Positions 20,005-30,223 of a DNA stretch of 64,000 nucleotides are shown here, piece by piece. This stretch comes from Candidatus Latescibacterota bacterium (lineage in GTDB: Bacteria; Latescibacterota; UBA2968; SICM01). Numbering within the stretch: the first letter of the stretch is position 1; every line of letters begins with the position of its first letter. The notes under the pieces were generated by a model that saw nothing but the letters and a program-made list of their open reading frames with translations, had not been told where the DNA came from and made no database searches. The position numbers and the translations under genes were made by a program. The stretch is taken from the NCBI GenBank assembly GCA_965217865.1, contig CBDCJO010000002.1, positions 736,001-800,000 of the forward strand, in the 5' to 3' direction.

Positions 20005-23000
20005 CTACAGATCGATCCTCACACCAAAGTGGACGTCCCGCTTGTTCGAGTAAGCCGTCCACCATCTCAGCGGCATGAAGTTGTTGAATTCGGTGTCACC
20101 CTCGGAGCCTAGGAAACTGCCGAAAGCTTGCCCTCTCCGGAGATGCTCTTCATACATCTTCTCCTTCCGGGCGTTTGCATTTGTGCGGACGATCCCCGAA
20201 CGCGGGTTCGTGAAGGAGGGACCCTGGCCCCCGAGCCGACCGTCCGTGTCGGACTGGAACATTTGCCCTGGACCGTTGGTTGCGAGCGGGAAAGGCCAGT
20301 CGAACAAGTTGCTGACGCTGAAGTAGAACGCCGGCCGGAAGTCGCCCACGATAAACTGCTTCGAAACATCCATGTTTATCCAGCGCTCCGAAATCCACCG
20401 CGCGTTCCGCTCGCCTCTCAGGTCCGGATCGGACGTCGGGTTGTAGTTGAAGCCCCCACCCCGCTTCCAGTAGTACTGGAACGACAGGTCCCAGCCGCCC
20501 AGGGCCGGGTTGTTCACATACCTGGAAGGCGAGTAGAGCGAAACGAAGGCCTTCGCCACCGGCCGGACGTCAACCCCGCCGGAACCCTCCACGTTCGCGC
20601 CGTCAAACCGGCCGGAGGCGTACAACCGGCCTTCCTTGAACGGGTTGACCGTCTGGTCGAAGCCCATTCCGCTGTAGTGGACCTGCTGGTTCTTCGCGAT
20701 CTCCAGGTTCATCGAGGTCGAACCGTTCCACCACTGGCCGCCCTGCCGCGCCAGCGACAGCTCGAAGCCCCGGAAGTCCGCCAGGTTGTTCTGGACATCC
20801 GGACGCCAGCCCGCAAAACGGCCCGGAGGCGCTCTGAAGCCGACGAACCGGGAGTAGTGGTCCCGGACGCTGTCCTTGAAGTAGACCACCCCCGTGAACT
20901 TAAACGAACCGGGCGTGCCCGTGAAGAACCCCTGCTCGTAGCCCAACTCATATTGCAGCACACGGAGCGCACGGTTATACGGGTTGCCGATGTAGACCGG
21001 TATGGTTCCCCCGCCTTCACCCTGGTAGAGCGCATACATCTCGAGCATGTTGGGTGCGCGGAAGAAATATCCGTAGTTGAAGTAAACCTTGCTCGTCACC
21101 GTGATCGGATACGACAGACCCAGACGCGGCGCAAGGTAGGCCTTCACCGGAGGCACCCGGCTCGGCTTGGTCTTCTCGACATCGAAGTTGGTGACGTCGT
21201 ATCCACCGCGACGCGTGTCACCCCAGAACCAGTTCGCCCTGGGATCTTGCGGGTCCCAGAAGTGGAAGTCTTCGTGCTTCGCATATTTGTCCCAATCCAA
21301 TCGGCCGCCCAAGAACACGACAAGCTGGTTGTACTCCATCTTGTCCTGCAGGAAGGCCGAACCGCTCCAGTGCTGGCGGTTCGCCATAAACTGGAACTCG
21401 TGACCCCAGACCGTCCCGTCGGCCTGGAAACCGTCCGAGAACTGGACCGACGCACCCCCCTTCACCTCGTGACGGCGCGCCAACTGCGTTGTAACCGCGA
21501 TGTTGAAGTCGGCCTGGCGAGACCATGTGCTGCCCGTGCGACGGTTGGCGTCGAAGTTGCCGATACCGTGGACGCCCAGGATGTCGCGGTTCGGACTGTT
21601 CGGATTGAGCCAACCGTTGGGGCCGTTGGTCATCGTCACTGCCCCGCGCTCCTGCTGCTCGTCGGCCCACGCCTGACGCTCCGGCGTATCCGGGTAGAAG
21701 GGGGATCCCCCGCTATCAGACTGCGAAAGAGGCGTATCGCTCGCAAGGCCGGAATACAGCTCAATGTGGCCGTCCGTGTGGACCGCAACGACACCCCGGC
21801 CGTCCATGATCGGCGCCTGTTGGTTCCTCTGCGCGACCCTCTGGCCTGTGAGGGATGCCTCGTAGAAGGTCCGGGCGCTCAACGCGTGCCGCCAGCTCGC
21901 ACCGAACTGCGTGTCCCTTCGCCGGTTGATGTTGGTCCCGTGCTTCCCCGCCCACAATTTGTTGTTCCCTCGGGTAAGGGGGGTCTGCGAACCGGACCAG
22001 TTCGTGCCCCTGAGCACGGTGTTGTCCGACGACCCGTTATTCCTTTCGTACCCGTTGTAGTTCCCGGTCGCCCGAATGAGCATCAGGGTCAGCTTCGTGT
22101 TCAGGGTGGGGGTGAACATCAACCGTGCCTGATGAAGCTTGCTTTCTGAGAACGGCTGGGCCGCGTAAGTGATGTACGGAATCCGCTCCTCACGGTAGGT
22201 GTAGAGGAAGTTCACGTAATTCCGGATGAGCGGACCGCCAACTGAAGCATCGATGGAGCGCGGCCAGGGAAGTTGGTCAGGGTCCAGGTTAAGCTGGCCC
22301 TGAGGGTCGTTCACCCCCGGGTTCGTCCCGTCGATGTACGTCGTCGAGTTTCCGTCCCACGACACCTGCCGGTGCTGGTATAGCCAGATAGCCCGTGCCT
22401 GTTCTTTCGTAAGCACGGATTGGCCCTCGAAGGTGTTCGTGCCCTCAGCGGTGGTCCGGGTGATCCAGTTGCTCCACCCCTCGAAGTCTTCGACTCCGTC
22501 CCCGTCCCGGTCCCCCGTACCGGTGTCGCTCAGATAACGCGTCGCCTGCCAGTAGTCCTCAGTGAAGGTGTCCGGCCCGTAGCGGCCGCCGCCGCCCGGC
22601 CTGCTCAGCCGCAGGTCCGCGCTCACCATCCACTCCTTCGGGTCCTTGCTCACGATGTTGACCACACCCGCACGGGCCTGGCCGTACTCCGGCATGAATC
22701 CGCCGGTCAGGACCTGGATCTCCTGCGTGGACGACTTGGCATATTGAGAGTATGGGTTCTGGTACATCCTCGGGTTGAACTTGACCCCGTCCTGGATGAA
22801 CGCGATATCCTGCTGCGTCTGGCCGCGGATCGTGATCCCCCAGGAGTTGAAGTCGACTCCCGGCAGCGTCCGCAGGAGGTCCGCGAGGCGTTGCGATGGA
22901 ATCGGCGTCTTCGTGATAAGATCCGAACCCAGGATCTGTTGCGTAAACGAGATGTCCGTCTCAACGACCGGACGCGTTCCCAACACCTCGATCTCTTCCA

Positions 23001-23358
23001 GCTCGATCGCCTCGACCGACATCTCAACGTTCACGGAAGCCGTACGGTCCGTAACGACCGGGACCGCGACCGTCTGCGTCGCATAGCCGACGATGCTGAT
23101 CTTCAAGGTGTGGGTCCCCGGGTGGAGCCCCAGGATGACATATTCGCCATCCGCATCCGTAATCGCTCCCAACCGGGTGCCTTCAACGGCAACGGTGGCC
23201 CCTGGAAGCGATTCCTTCGTCTTCGCGTCCAGGACCCGACCGGAAATCTTACCGGTGGTTGTGCCTTGCGCCGACAGGTCTGTCGCGCACCACGCAAACA
23301 GAACCATTACCGCAACGGCGAACGTCCACCACTTAAAACCGTATTGTCCAGAATTCAT
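20005..23358 (-). CDS. TonB-dependent receptor with N-terminal carboxypeptidase-regulatory-like domain
   Basis: GKISGRVLDAKTKESLPGATV; plug (IQVLTGGFMPEYGQARAGVVNIVSK); APRLGLSYPIT; ends FGVRIDL. Start 23358 preferred over 23418. Confidence 0.9.
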   Translation of the reverse strand: MNSGQYGFKWWTFAVAVMVLFAWCATDLSAQGTTTGKISGRVLDAKTKESLPGATVAVEGTRLGAITDADGEYVILGLHPGTHTLKISIVGYATQTVAVPVVTDRTASVNVEMSVEAIELEEIEVLGTRPVVETDISFTQQILGSDLITKTPIPSQRLADLLRTLPGVDFNSWGITIRGQTQQDIAFIQDGVKFNPRMYQNPYSQYAKSSTQEIQVLTGGFMPEYGQARAGVVNIVSKDPKEWMVSADLRLSRPGGGGRYGPDTFTEDYWQATRYLSDTGTGDRDGDGVEDFEGWSNWITRTTAEGTNTFEGQSVLTKEQARAIWLYQHRQVSWDGNSTTYIDGTNPGVNDPQGQLNLDPDQLPWPRSIDASVGGPLIRNYVNFLYTYREERIPYITYAAQPFSESKLHQARLMFTPTLNTKLTLMLIRATGNYNGYERNNGSSDNTVLRGTNWSGSQTPLTRGNNKLWAGKHGTNINRRRDTQFGASWRHALSARTFYEASLTGQRVAQRNQQAPIMDGRGVVAVHTDGHIELYSGLASDTPLSQSDSGGSPFYPDTPERQAWADEQQERGAVTMTNGPNGWLNPNSPNRDILGVHGIGNFDANRRTGSTWSRQADFNIAVTTQLARRHEVKGGASVQFSDGFQADGTVWGHEFQFMANRQHWSGSAFLQDKMEYNQLVVFLGGRLDWDKYAKHEDFHFWDPQDPRANWFWGDTRRGGYDVTNFDVEKTKPSRVPPVKAYLAPRLGLSYPITVTSKVYFNYGYFFRAPNMLEMYALYQGEGGGTIPVYIGNPYNRALRVLQYELGYEQGFFTGTPGSFKFTGVVYFKDSVRDHYSRFVGFRAPPGRFAGWRPDVQNNLADFRGFELSLARQGGQWWNGSTSMNLEIAKNQQVHYSGMGFDQTVNPFKEGRLYASGRFDGANVEGSGGVDVRPVAKAFVSLYSPSRYVNNPALGGWDLSFQYYWKRGGGFNYNPTSDPDLRGERNARWISERWINMDVSKQFIVGDFRPAFYFSVSNLFDWPFPLATNGPGQMFQSDTDGRLGGQGPSFTNPRSGIVRTNANARKEKMYEEHLRRGQAFGSFLGSEGDTEFNNFMPLRWWTAYSNKRDVHFGVRIDL

Positions 23359-23684
23359 ATGTTCGGATTCTCCGCTATTTTCGTGTGTGAATACTGCGGA
23401 TACTCCCGGCTGCTTCATCTTCCGCCACCCAAATCCTGAATCAGGAGATAAGCCGTATCTCCTGAACCCAGTTCCTTCGAAACGGCTGGCATCCCTCCTT
23501 TCGACATTGAATCTCTTAATTTTGCTGTGCTTTATATCCGGCTTTAACGTTACAGAATTCCCGGCTTGAATACCCTTCCTTTCTAAAAACCGACCACAGT
23601 TCGATCTCGCGCATCCCCCCTTTCGCTGTTGAAAAGTTGATGGTTAGATCGAATTATACTACGGGCGTATTTATCCCGCCTAAT

Positions 23685-23721
23685 CCTGTATAATATATAC
23701 AGGGCACTCAGGCCTTGTCAA
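23685..23721 (-). promoter_or_regulatory. sigma70-like promoter of the TBDR operon with overlapping palindromic operator
   Basis: Minus-strand TTGACA (23721-23716)-N18-TATATT; perfect inverted repeat CCTGTATA-N3-TATACAGG at 23685-23703. Confidence 0.55.
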
Positions 23722-23750
23722 GCTTTTTTCTCTGGAAAAGCCTGCTTTTT

Positions 23751-25094
23751 TTATAAACCAACTATTCTCGCCCCAGTATAATTCGAACGGGTGGTTCGCC
23801 CCAGGGATTCCTTCGGGTCGAGTTTCAGGGCGTGTCGGAGTTCCGACATCCCCTCTTCCTTTCGACCTCCGGCCAGCAGCGCCAGCCCCAGCTCCCGGTG
23901 TGCAGCGGCCCGATCCGCATCCAGGAGAACCGCCCGCCTCCCGGCGTCCTGGGCGGAATCAATCCGGCCCAGCCGGCGATAGACACCGGCGAGGAGCACC
24001 CACGTCTCGAGCGTCCCCGGGTCGAGCTCCGCCGCCCTCTGAAGCGATCGCATCGCCTCCACGGTCATTCCCACCGTAAAGAAGGCCGCCCCCAGATTGT
24101 GGTGCGCCGGTGCCATAACCGGATCCAGATGGATCGCCTCCTTGAACGCTGCGACGGCTTCGATATGCCTGCCGTATTGCGTGTTCAACACCCCGAGATT
24201 GTAAAGGAATGTCGCCCGATCTGAGATGTGCTCCGGATCTTCGGGGCTCTGCCGGATACCCTGACGGAAGGTCCTGGCCTGGCTCTGGTATGCGCTCAGG
24301 GACTCGAAGCGTTTCAGCGTTTGCCTGCCCGCTTCGGTCCGCCCCAGCCGCGTATAGGCGTTGCCAAGGCCGAAGAGCGCCTGCGTGTCTTCCGGATCGA
24401 GGTCCAGGGTCCGCTCGTAGGCCGTCGCGGCCTCCTCGAGACGGGCCAGCTGCAGAAAAAGGTCCCCCATGCCGCGATGGACTTCAGGTGAATCCGGGGC
24501 CAGCGTGACAGCCCGCTCATAGGCGGCGACGGCCGCGTCCCACTTCTGGATCTGGGTTAAGGCCCCGGCCAGCTCCCTCTGGGCGCGGCCATCCTCCGGT
24601 TCCAGCTCGGCCGCCCTTTGAAGGCTTTGCACCGCCTCCTCGTTCGCACCCAGAGCCATAAGCGCCATACCCAGGCTGTAGTGAAGCGGGGCCGCCTTCG
24701 GCAGGACGGAGATCCCCTTCCGAAAGACATCGGCCGCATCCTCATAACGGTTCGCCTGAACGCATACCGATCCCAGACTGACGTAAGCGGGGATCGATTC
24801 GGGCTGAAGCTCGACGACCCGGTTGAACGCATCGATGGCTTGATCGAGCCGATTGAGGCTCCGGTAGTAGGTCCCAAGATGATAGTGCGCCCCGACGAGA
24901 GAGGGGTCGAGGTCGATTGCCTTGCGGAAGGCCGTTGCGGCCGAGTCCATATTTCCGGAAGCGACCAGGGCAATTCCTTCCCGGAACCGGTTGACGGCTT
25001 CCTGTGATGGGGACGGTTCAAGGGCCTTTCCGGTTACAGGCAGGGATACCGTCAAGATAGTCAAGATTATTATAATGTTGGAGTTAGTTATCAT
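23751..25094 (-). CDS. Exported TPR protein
   Basis: Multiple 34-aa TPRs; signal-peptide-like MITNSNIIIILTILTVSLPVTGKA from ATG 25094; the longer ORF extension reads through heptamer repeats. Confidence 0.8.
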   Translation of the reverse strand: MITNSNIIIILTILTVSLPVTGKALEPSPSQEAVNRFREGIALVASGNMDSAATAFRKAIDLDPSLVGAHYHLGTYYRSLNRLDQAIDAFNRVVELQPESIPAYVSLGSVCVQANRYEDAADVFRKGISVLPKAAPLHYSLGMALMALGANEEAVQSLQRAAELEPEDGRAQRELAGALTQIQKWDAAVAAYERAVTLAPDSPEVHRGMGDLFLQLARLEEAATAYERTLDLDPEDTQALFGLGNAYTRLGRTEAGRQTLKRFESLSAYQSQARTFRQGIRQSPEDPEHISDRATFLYNLGVLNTQYGRHIEAVAAFKEAIHLDPVMAPAHHNLGAAFFTVGMTVEAMRSLQRAAELDPGTLETWVLLAGVYRRLGRIDSAQDAGRRAVLLDADRAAAHRELGLALLAGGRKEEGMSELRHALKLDPKESLGRTTRSNYTGARIVGL

Positions 25095-25480
25095 TATAGA
25101 ATCCGTGATTCGTGATCGGAGAAGCCGGGGATCGTGATTTGTGACTCGTGATTCGGGGATCGGAGAACCCCGGATTTCAAGGTCTGGATATCCCCTTGGA
25201 TTCTGTGGGACCCGACTCCAGTCGGGGAATAAGGTCATTAGCAAACAGATGGTCCCTGGTAAAGGGATCCTGGCCCTCCAGAGCCAGTTCCCGGTCTGGA
25301 GACCGGTCCCACAACAACCTCTTTTGGCCACATAAAGCCAGGGATTTTAGGTTCTGGACTCATCCATTAGATTTATGGGACCCTGCTCCTTCAGTCGCCT
25401 TACGCCCCTTCAATAATTAGGTGATTGAGTAGATATTGGCACCAGCGTATTTTAATAATATTATATCCTGTATACCGGAA

Positions 25481-28276
25481 TCAAACAAAAAAATACCATA
25501 CAAGGGAGACGATCATCCCTGAGCCAAAGGTTAAAAACACCGTGATGCGCGTCCTTTCTCTCCCCCACCTGACAACCCATCCGGGACGGATCAATCCTGC
25601 AATTAACCCGACTGAGGAAACAAAAAACAGGAGGGTGGAAAAACCTGCGATCTCCAGGACCCGCTCATCCGTTTCCTCTTTTTCGGTTTTCCCCGTACGG
25701 AGTCTCATTCTTTTCAGCTCCGGCCCCGGTTTTACCTGCTGCTTCAATGCTTCATATCTTTCCCGTATGGCCACTACTTTGGGATGGTCCTCTCCCAGGG
25801 CCTTTTCTACGATTCCAAGTGCCCGTTTCTGAATGGGTTCCGCTCTGGCAACCTGACCCTGAACTCTGTGGATTTCCCCTAGGTCGTTCAGGGCGGTCCC
25901 GACATCGGGATGGTCCGGTCCAAGGGCCCTTTCTACTAGGATCAGCGATTGATTTAAAAGCGACTCCGCTTCTCCATATTTAGCCTGGGAGTAGTAAACC
26001 CCCGCCAGGTTGGTAAGGGATCTCGACACCGATTGGGGATCCGATTCCCGATTCTTCATCCTTATGTCCAGGGCCCTTTTAAAAAGCTGCTCGGCATCTT
26101 GCAACTTTCCAATCGCTTTATATAACGCCCCCAGATTGCTCAGAGAGGTGGCCACGGTCGGATGATCCTCGCCAAGGGCCTTCTCTTCTATAGATATGGC
26201 CCTCCGGAAAAGAGAGCCGGCTTCCGAATATTCCCCCCGGGTATAATGAAGGGTGGCAAGATTGTTCAGGGAGGTTGCGACTGCGGGATGGTCCGGCCCC
26301 AGAGCCTTCTCCGCGACTTTTAGGGACCGTCTTATCAGAGACTCCGCCTCGGAATACGCGCCTTTTGCGTAATATAGCGAGAGAAGATTGCTCATGGCGG
26401 TCGTCACGTGGGCGTGGCCGGGGCCAAGGGACTTCTCCGCGATGTCCAGGGACCTCCGGAAAAGCGGCTCTGCCTCAGCATAATTTCCCTGTTTAAAATA
26501 GAGCTGCCCCAGGTTGTTCAGCACCCCCCCTACATCCGGATGTTCAGCACCCAGGGCCTTTTTCCTGATGGTCCCCGCCCTCTGGTACAGGGTTACCGCC
26601 TTCGAATAGTCCCCCTGCGAGTCATAAACTTCGGCCAGGTTGTTCAAGGAGTTCGCCACGTGGAGATGATCGGGCCCGAGGGCCTTCTCCCGAATGGCCA
26701 GTGCACGCTCCAAATGGCTTTCGGCTTTCGAATAGTGTCCCTGTTCTTTATAAAGCCCCCCCAGGTTGTTCAGGGCGGTCGCCACATCGAGATGGTGCGG
26801 GCCAAGGGCTTTCTCAGCGATCGCCAATGACCGCACGTAAAGCGGCTCGACCTTCGAGTACTGTCCCCGGGTTCCATAAAGCTCTCCAAGGTTGTTCAGG
26901 CGGGCAACGATATCGGGATGTTCCGGACCAAAAGCCTTCTCAGCGATGGCCAGGGACCTGATGTAAAACCCCTCCGCTTCAGAATACTGATTCCGGGTGA
27001 AGTAAAGTCCCCCAAGATTATCCAGGGCAGTCGCAAGATCGGGATGCTCGGGCCCAAATGCCTTTTCCCAAATCGTCAGCGCTCGCTTTAAATGAGACTC
27101 TCCCCGGGTATATTCGCCGCGGGCGATGAAAAGTTCCCCAAGATCGTTTAGCGAAGCCGCAACCGAAGGATGCCCTGATCCCAGGGATTTCTCGTTTATG
27201 GCCAGCGACCGCTCGTAAAGTAACTCCGCCTCATCATTACGACCCTGAGAAACGTAAAGCCACGCGATATTGCCCAGGGAGGCCCCCACATCGGGATGAT
27301 CCTTTCCCATGGCCTCTTCACGTATGGCCAGCGACCGTCTGTAAAGCGACTCCGCCTCATCATAGTTGCCCCTGGAGCCGTGAAGGTTTCCCAGGCTGTT
27401 CAGCGCGGAAGCGACCGACGGATGGTTCGATCCCATCGCTTTCTCGGCAGTGGCCAGCGATCTCCGGTAAAGCGGCTCAGCCTCGTCATACAGGCCCCGG
27501 GAATAATAAACGCTCGCCAGATTGTTCATGGCCCTCGCGACTGAGACATCTTCCGATCCAAAGGCCTTTTCCATGATGATCAATGCGCGCTTGTAAAGCG
27601 GCTCCACCTTCGAATATTGCCCCAGGGATTTATAAATTTCGGCCAGGCTGTTCAGGGCTCTACCCACATAGGGATGGTCAAGTCCGTGCACCTTCTCGGA
27701 GATGCTCAACGACCGCTTGACAAGGGGCTCGGCTTCTTGATACCGGCCCTGGTTAATATAAAGCTCTACCAGGTTGTTCAGCGAAGTGACAAGAGAAGGA
27801 TGCACGTCCCCCAATAGCTTTTCCCGGCTTGCGAGCACCCGTTTGAAAATCGGCTCGGCCTCGCCGTAACGGCCCTGGGACGTATAAATTTCCCCCAGGT
27901 TGTTCAGGGCGGCGGCGACAAACGAATGGTCGGGCCCGAGGACCTTTTCCAGGATATTCAGCGCACGCTTGATCACGGGCTCGGCCTCGGAATACCGGCC
28001 CTGGATTATGTAAAGCTCCCCCAGGTCGTTCAGGGCGCCCCCTACGTTGGGATGCTCGGGACCGAAAGTCTCCTCGGATCGCTTCACGGCGTCCTCGGCA
28101 ACCCAGGTCCTTCTTTTATATTGACCCTCCTCTTCCTGACCCTCAGGTTCAGGGGATTCCGCTTCTATGGACCGAATGAACCCTTCCCCTCCGGACCCAT
28201 CCCATACGACAGACCACAAAAACAGGAGAGCTATCCCGCAGAAGGCGATTTTAATCTTTTTCCGAAAACGGTTCAC
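25481..28276 (-). CDS. 42-aa-period TPR (kinesin-light-chain-like) protein with signal peptide and two C-terminal TM helices
   Basis: About 18 repeats of LGPDHPxVAxxLNNLAxLYxxQGxYxEAEPLYxRALxIxEK; GTG start. Confidence 0.88.
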   Translation of the reverse strand: MNRFRKKIKIAFCGIALLFLWSVVWDGSGGEGFIRSIEAESPEPEGQEEEGQYKRRTWVAEDAVKRSEETFGPEHPNVGGALNDLGELYIIQGRYSEAEPVIKRALNILEKVLGPDHSFVAAALNNLGEIYTSQGRYGEAEPIFKRVLASREKLLGDVHPSLVTSLNNLVELYINQGRYQEAEPLVKRSLSISEKVHGLDHPYVGRALNSLAEIYKSLGQYSKVEPLYKRALIIMEKAFGSEDVSVARAMNNLASVYYSRGLYDEAEPLYRRSLATAEKAMGSNHPSVASALNSLGNLHGSRGNYDEAESLYRRSLAIREEAMGKDHPDVGASLGNIAWLYVSQGRNDEAELLYERSLAINEKSLGSGHPSVAASLNDLGELFIARGEYTRGESHLKRALTIWEKAFGPEHPDLATALDNLGGLYFTRNQYSEAEGFYIRSLAIAEKAFGPEHPDIVARLNNLGELYGTRGQYSKVEPLYVRSLAIAEKALGPHHLDVATALNNLGGLYKEQGHYSKAESHLERALAIREKALGPDHLHVANSLNNLAEVYDSQGDYSKAVTLYQRAGTIRKKALGAEHPDVGGVLNNLGQLYFKQGNYAEAEPLFRRSLDIAEKSLGPGHAHVTTAMSNLLSLYYAKGAYSEAESLIRRSLKVAEKALGPDHPAVATSLNNLATLHYTRGEYSEAGSLFRRAISIEEKALGEDHPTVATSLSNLGALYKAIGKLQDAEQLFKRALDIRMKNRESDPQSVSRSLTNLAGVYYSQAKYGEAESLLNQSLILVERALGPDHPDVGTALNDLGEIHRVQGQVARAEPIQKRALGIVEKALGEDHPKVVAIRERYEALKQQVKPGPELKRMRLRTGKTEKEETDERVLEIAGFSTLLFFVSSVGLIAGLIRPGWVVRWGRERTRITVFLTFGSGMIVSLVWYFFV

Positions 28277-28302
28277 TTTCGAACTCCAGAATGGGAAAGA
28301 AC

Positions 28303-28811
28303 ACCCCTCCCCCGGCCCCTCCCCGAAACGGGGAGGGAGATTATGTGCTTTAAGTTTCGTTAAAATAGAGTGTTATATTCATTCTATTTGGGGAAGCAAC
28401 GTCACCGGCGGGTAAGAACGCTTGATATATCCTTCCTTATCTCTTCATTTTTTATTCTTAAAATTCGCAAACCTCTTCCAGTCAAAATCCGGGATCGTTC
28501 GAGATCATATTCGGCTTGCTCTTCGTGAATCGGGCCATCAACTTCCACAACCAGACCAGCCTTATGACAATAAAAATCTACGATGAATCCGTCAATTACC
28601 TGCTGACGACGGAAATGGAAGTCCCCAAACCGGTTGGCGCGAAGTTGGTCCCGTAGAATACTTTCTTCCTTTGTCATTTCTCTGCGAAGTTCTCTTGAAC
28701 GCTGAACTTTCGTCCTCTCCACCTTCTGCCCGATGACAATATTTTTGCCGACATTGAATAAAAGCCTTAGCCCCCTTCCTGTTTCGGGAAGGGGGTTTGG
28801 GGGTTAGGTTT
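28303..28811. mobile_element. Hairpin-bounded element (family B) carrying a DUF559 gene
   Basis: Left arm 28303-28370 and right arm 28755-28811 align with the two halves of the empty elements at 9771 and 56957. Confidence 0.55.
28402..28754 (-). CDS. DUF559 / Vsr-like endonuclease
   Basis: RELRREMTKEE...FRRQQVIDGFIVDFYC...LVVEVDGPIH...RILRIKNEE. ORF track gives 28402-28722; ATG 28754 (MSAKNIVIGQKV) comes in frame if the A5 run at ~28744 is A6. Confidence 0.85.
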
Positions 28812-28847
28812 GACCCTCGGTGGAATTTTATATGTCCGTCACAACTA

Positions 28848-30006
28848 TCACTCAGGACGCTTGAAAATAAAATATCCCTTCTCCGTCTCCACGACCCGGC
28901 TGACCTGCCCGGGCTCCAGACCCTTCACGATTTCCGAAACCGGAGGATCTAAATCCGTGGGGAGGACAAAACCGATGTCATGCCCCGGGAAGGCTTCCCC
29001 ACTCTCCACGCGTGCGATCAGGGCTTCGCCTTCTGCCTGCGATAAGACGACGGCCATCGTCAGCCGGATTTTGCCCGCTTTGTGCGCCTCCACCTCAGCA
29101 TGCTGCTTTCCTTCCACGTCCGCAAGCGCATATTGAAGGGCCTTTACGTGCGGATGGGCCGGCTCGAGCGCCTTCCTCACGATTTCCAAGGCCCGCCTGT
29201 AGAGAGGCACAGCCTCCGCATAACGGCCCTGCATCCGATAGAGGTCCGCCAGGTTGTTCAGGGACCTCGCCACGTAGGGATGGGCCGGTCCCATACCCTT
29301 CTCCACGATGCCCAGGGCACGCTTGAGGAGAGGCTCGACCTCACCATATCGGCCCTGAGCCCGGTAAATGCCCCGCAAGGTTCCCGATAGAGACCGCCAC
29401 GGTGGGATGGTCCGGTCCAAGACCCTTCTCGAGGATCTCAAGGGCTCGTTTGTAGAGTCGTTCCACCTCCCCGTGCTGGCCCCGGTCTCTGTAAAGTCCC
29501 GCCAGGTTGTTCAGGGACCTCGCCAGGGTGGGATGGTCGTCTCCCCGAGACTTCTCCAGGATGCCAATGGCTCGTTTGTAGAGTCGCTCGACCTCCTCGT
29601 GCTTCTGGCCCCGGTGCCTGTAAATCTCCCCCAGGTTGTTCAGGGCGGCGGCGACAAATGCATGGTCGGGCCCGAGGACCTTCTCCAGGATATTCAACGC
29701 CCGCTTGACCAGGGGTTCGGCTTCGGAATACCGGCCCTGGACCATGTAAAGGTCCGCCAGGACATTCAGGGCGCCCCCTACGTTGGCATGGTCTGGGCCT
29801 AAAGTCTCCTCGGATCGCTTAACGGCCTCCTCCGCAACCTGGATCCTTCTTTTAAAGTGCTCCTCCCGACCCCCAAGTTCAGGGGATTCCGCTTCTATGG
29901 ACTGAATGAACCTTTCCCCCCCGGACCGATCCCATTCGATAGACCATAATAAGAGGAGAGCCATACCATAGATAGCGATTTCAATCTTTTGGAGAAAACG
30001 GTTCAC
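28848..30006 (-). CDS. 42-aa TPR protein with C-terminal parvulin-like domain (one frameshift near 29368, probably sequencing indel)
   Basis: ORFs 29341-30093 and 28848-29441 join if GGGCATTTACCGG is GGGCATTACCGG (GHYRAQ as in paralogs); GTG 30006 matches paralog starts. Confidence 0.8.
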
Positions 30007-30059
30007 TTTCGAACTCCAACAAAAGAACGTGAAGCGTGTCTCGTGAAGCGTGAAGCGGT

Positions 30060-30192
30060 CGATAGGGGCACGATGCATCGTGCCTCTACGCAAATTTTGT
30101 CAGCCCACTCGATTCCCGATTGGGGCGAGGCGATGCCTCGCTCGTGATTCGTCCAGATCCCATCGAAGGGCGAGCACATCGGGTCACCCGAC
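30060..30192. repeat. GTAG-REP composite unit (family A)
   Basis: GATAGGGGCACGATGCATCGTGCCTCTAC...GGGCGAGGCGATGCCTCGC...GGGCGAGCACATCGGGTCACCC. Confidence 0.75.
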
Positions 30193-30223
30193 GCATAATC
30201 TTGATGTCTCCATTTTTCATTTT

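Noticed and set aside
1256-23439. Long plus-strand ORFs (e.g. 1256-2620, 16007-17212, 20128-22149, 22420-23439)
   Set aside because: Antisense shadows of well-supported high-GC genes, with no recognisable motifs.
23686-23702. LexA SOS box
   Set aside because: Spacing is CTGT-N9-ACAG rather than N8, and the organism does not look proteobacterial; kept only as a generic operator.
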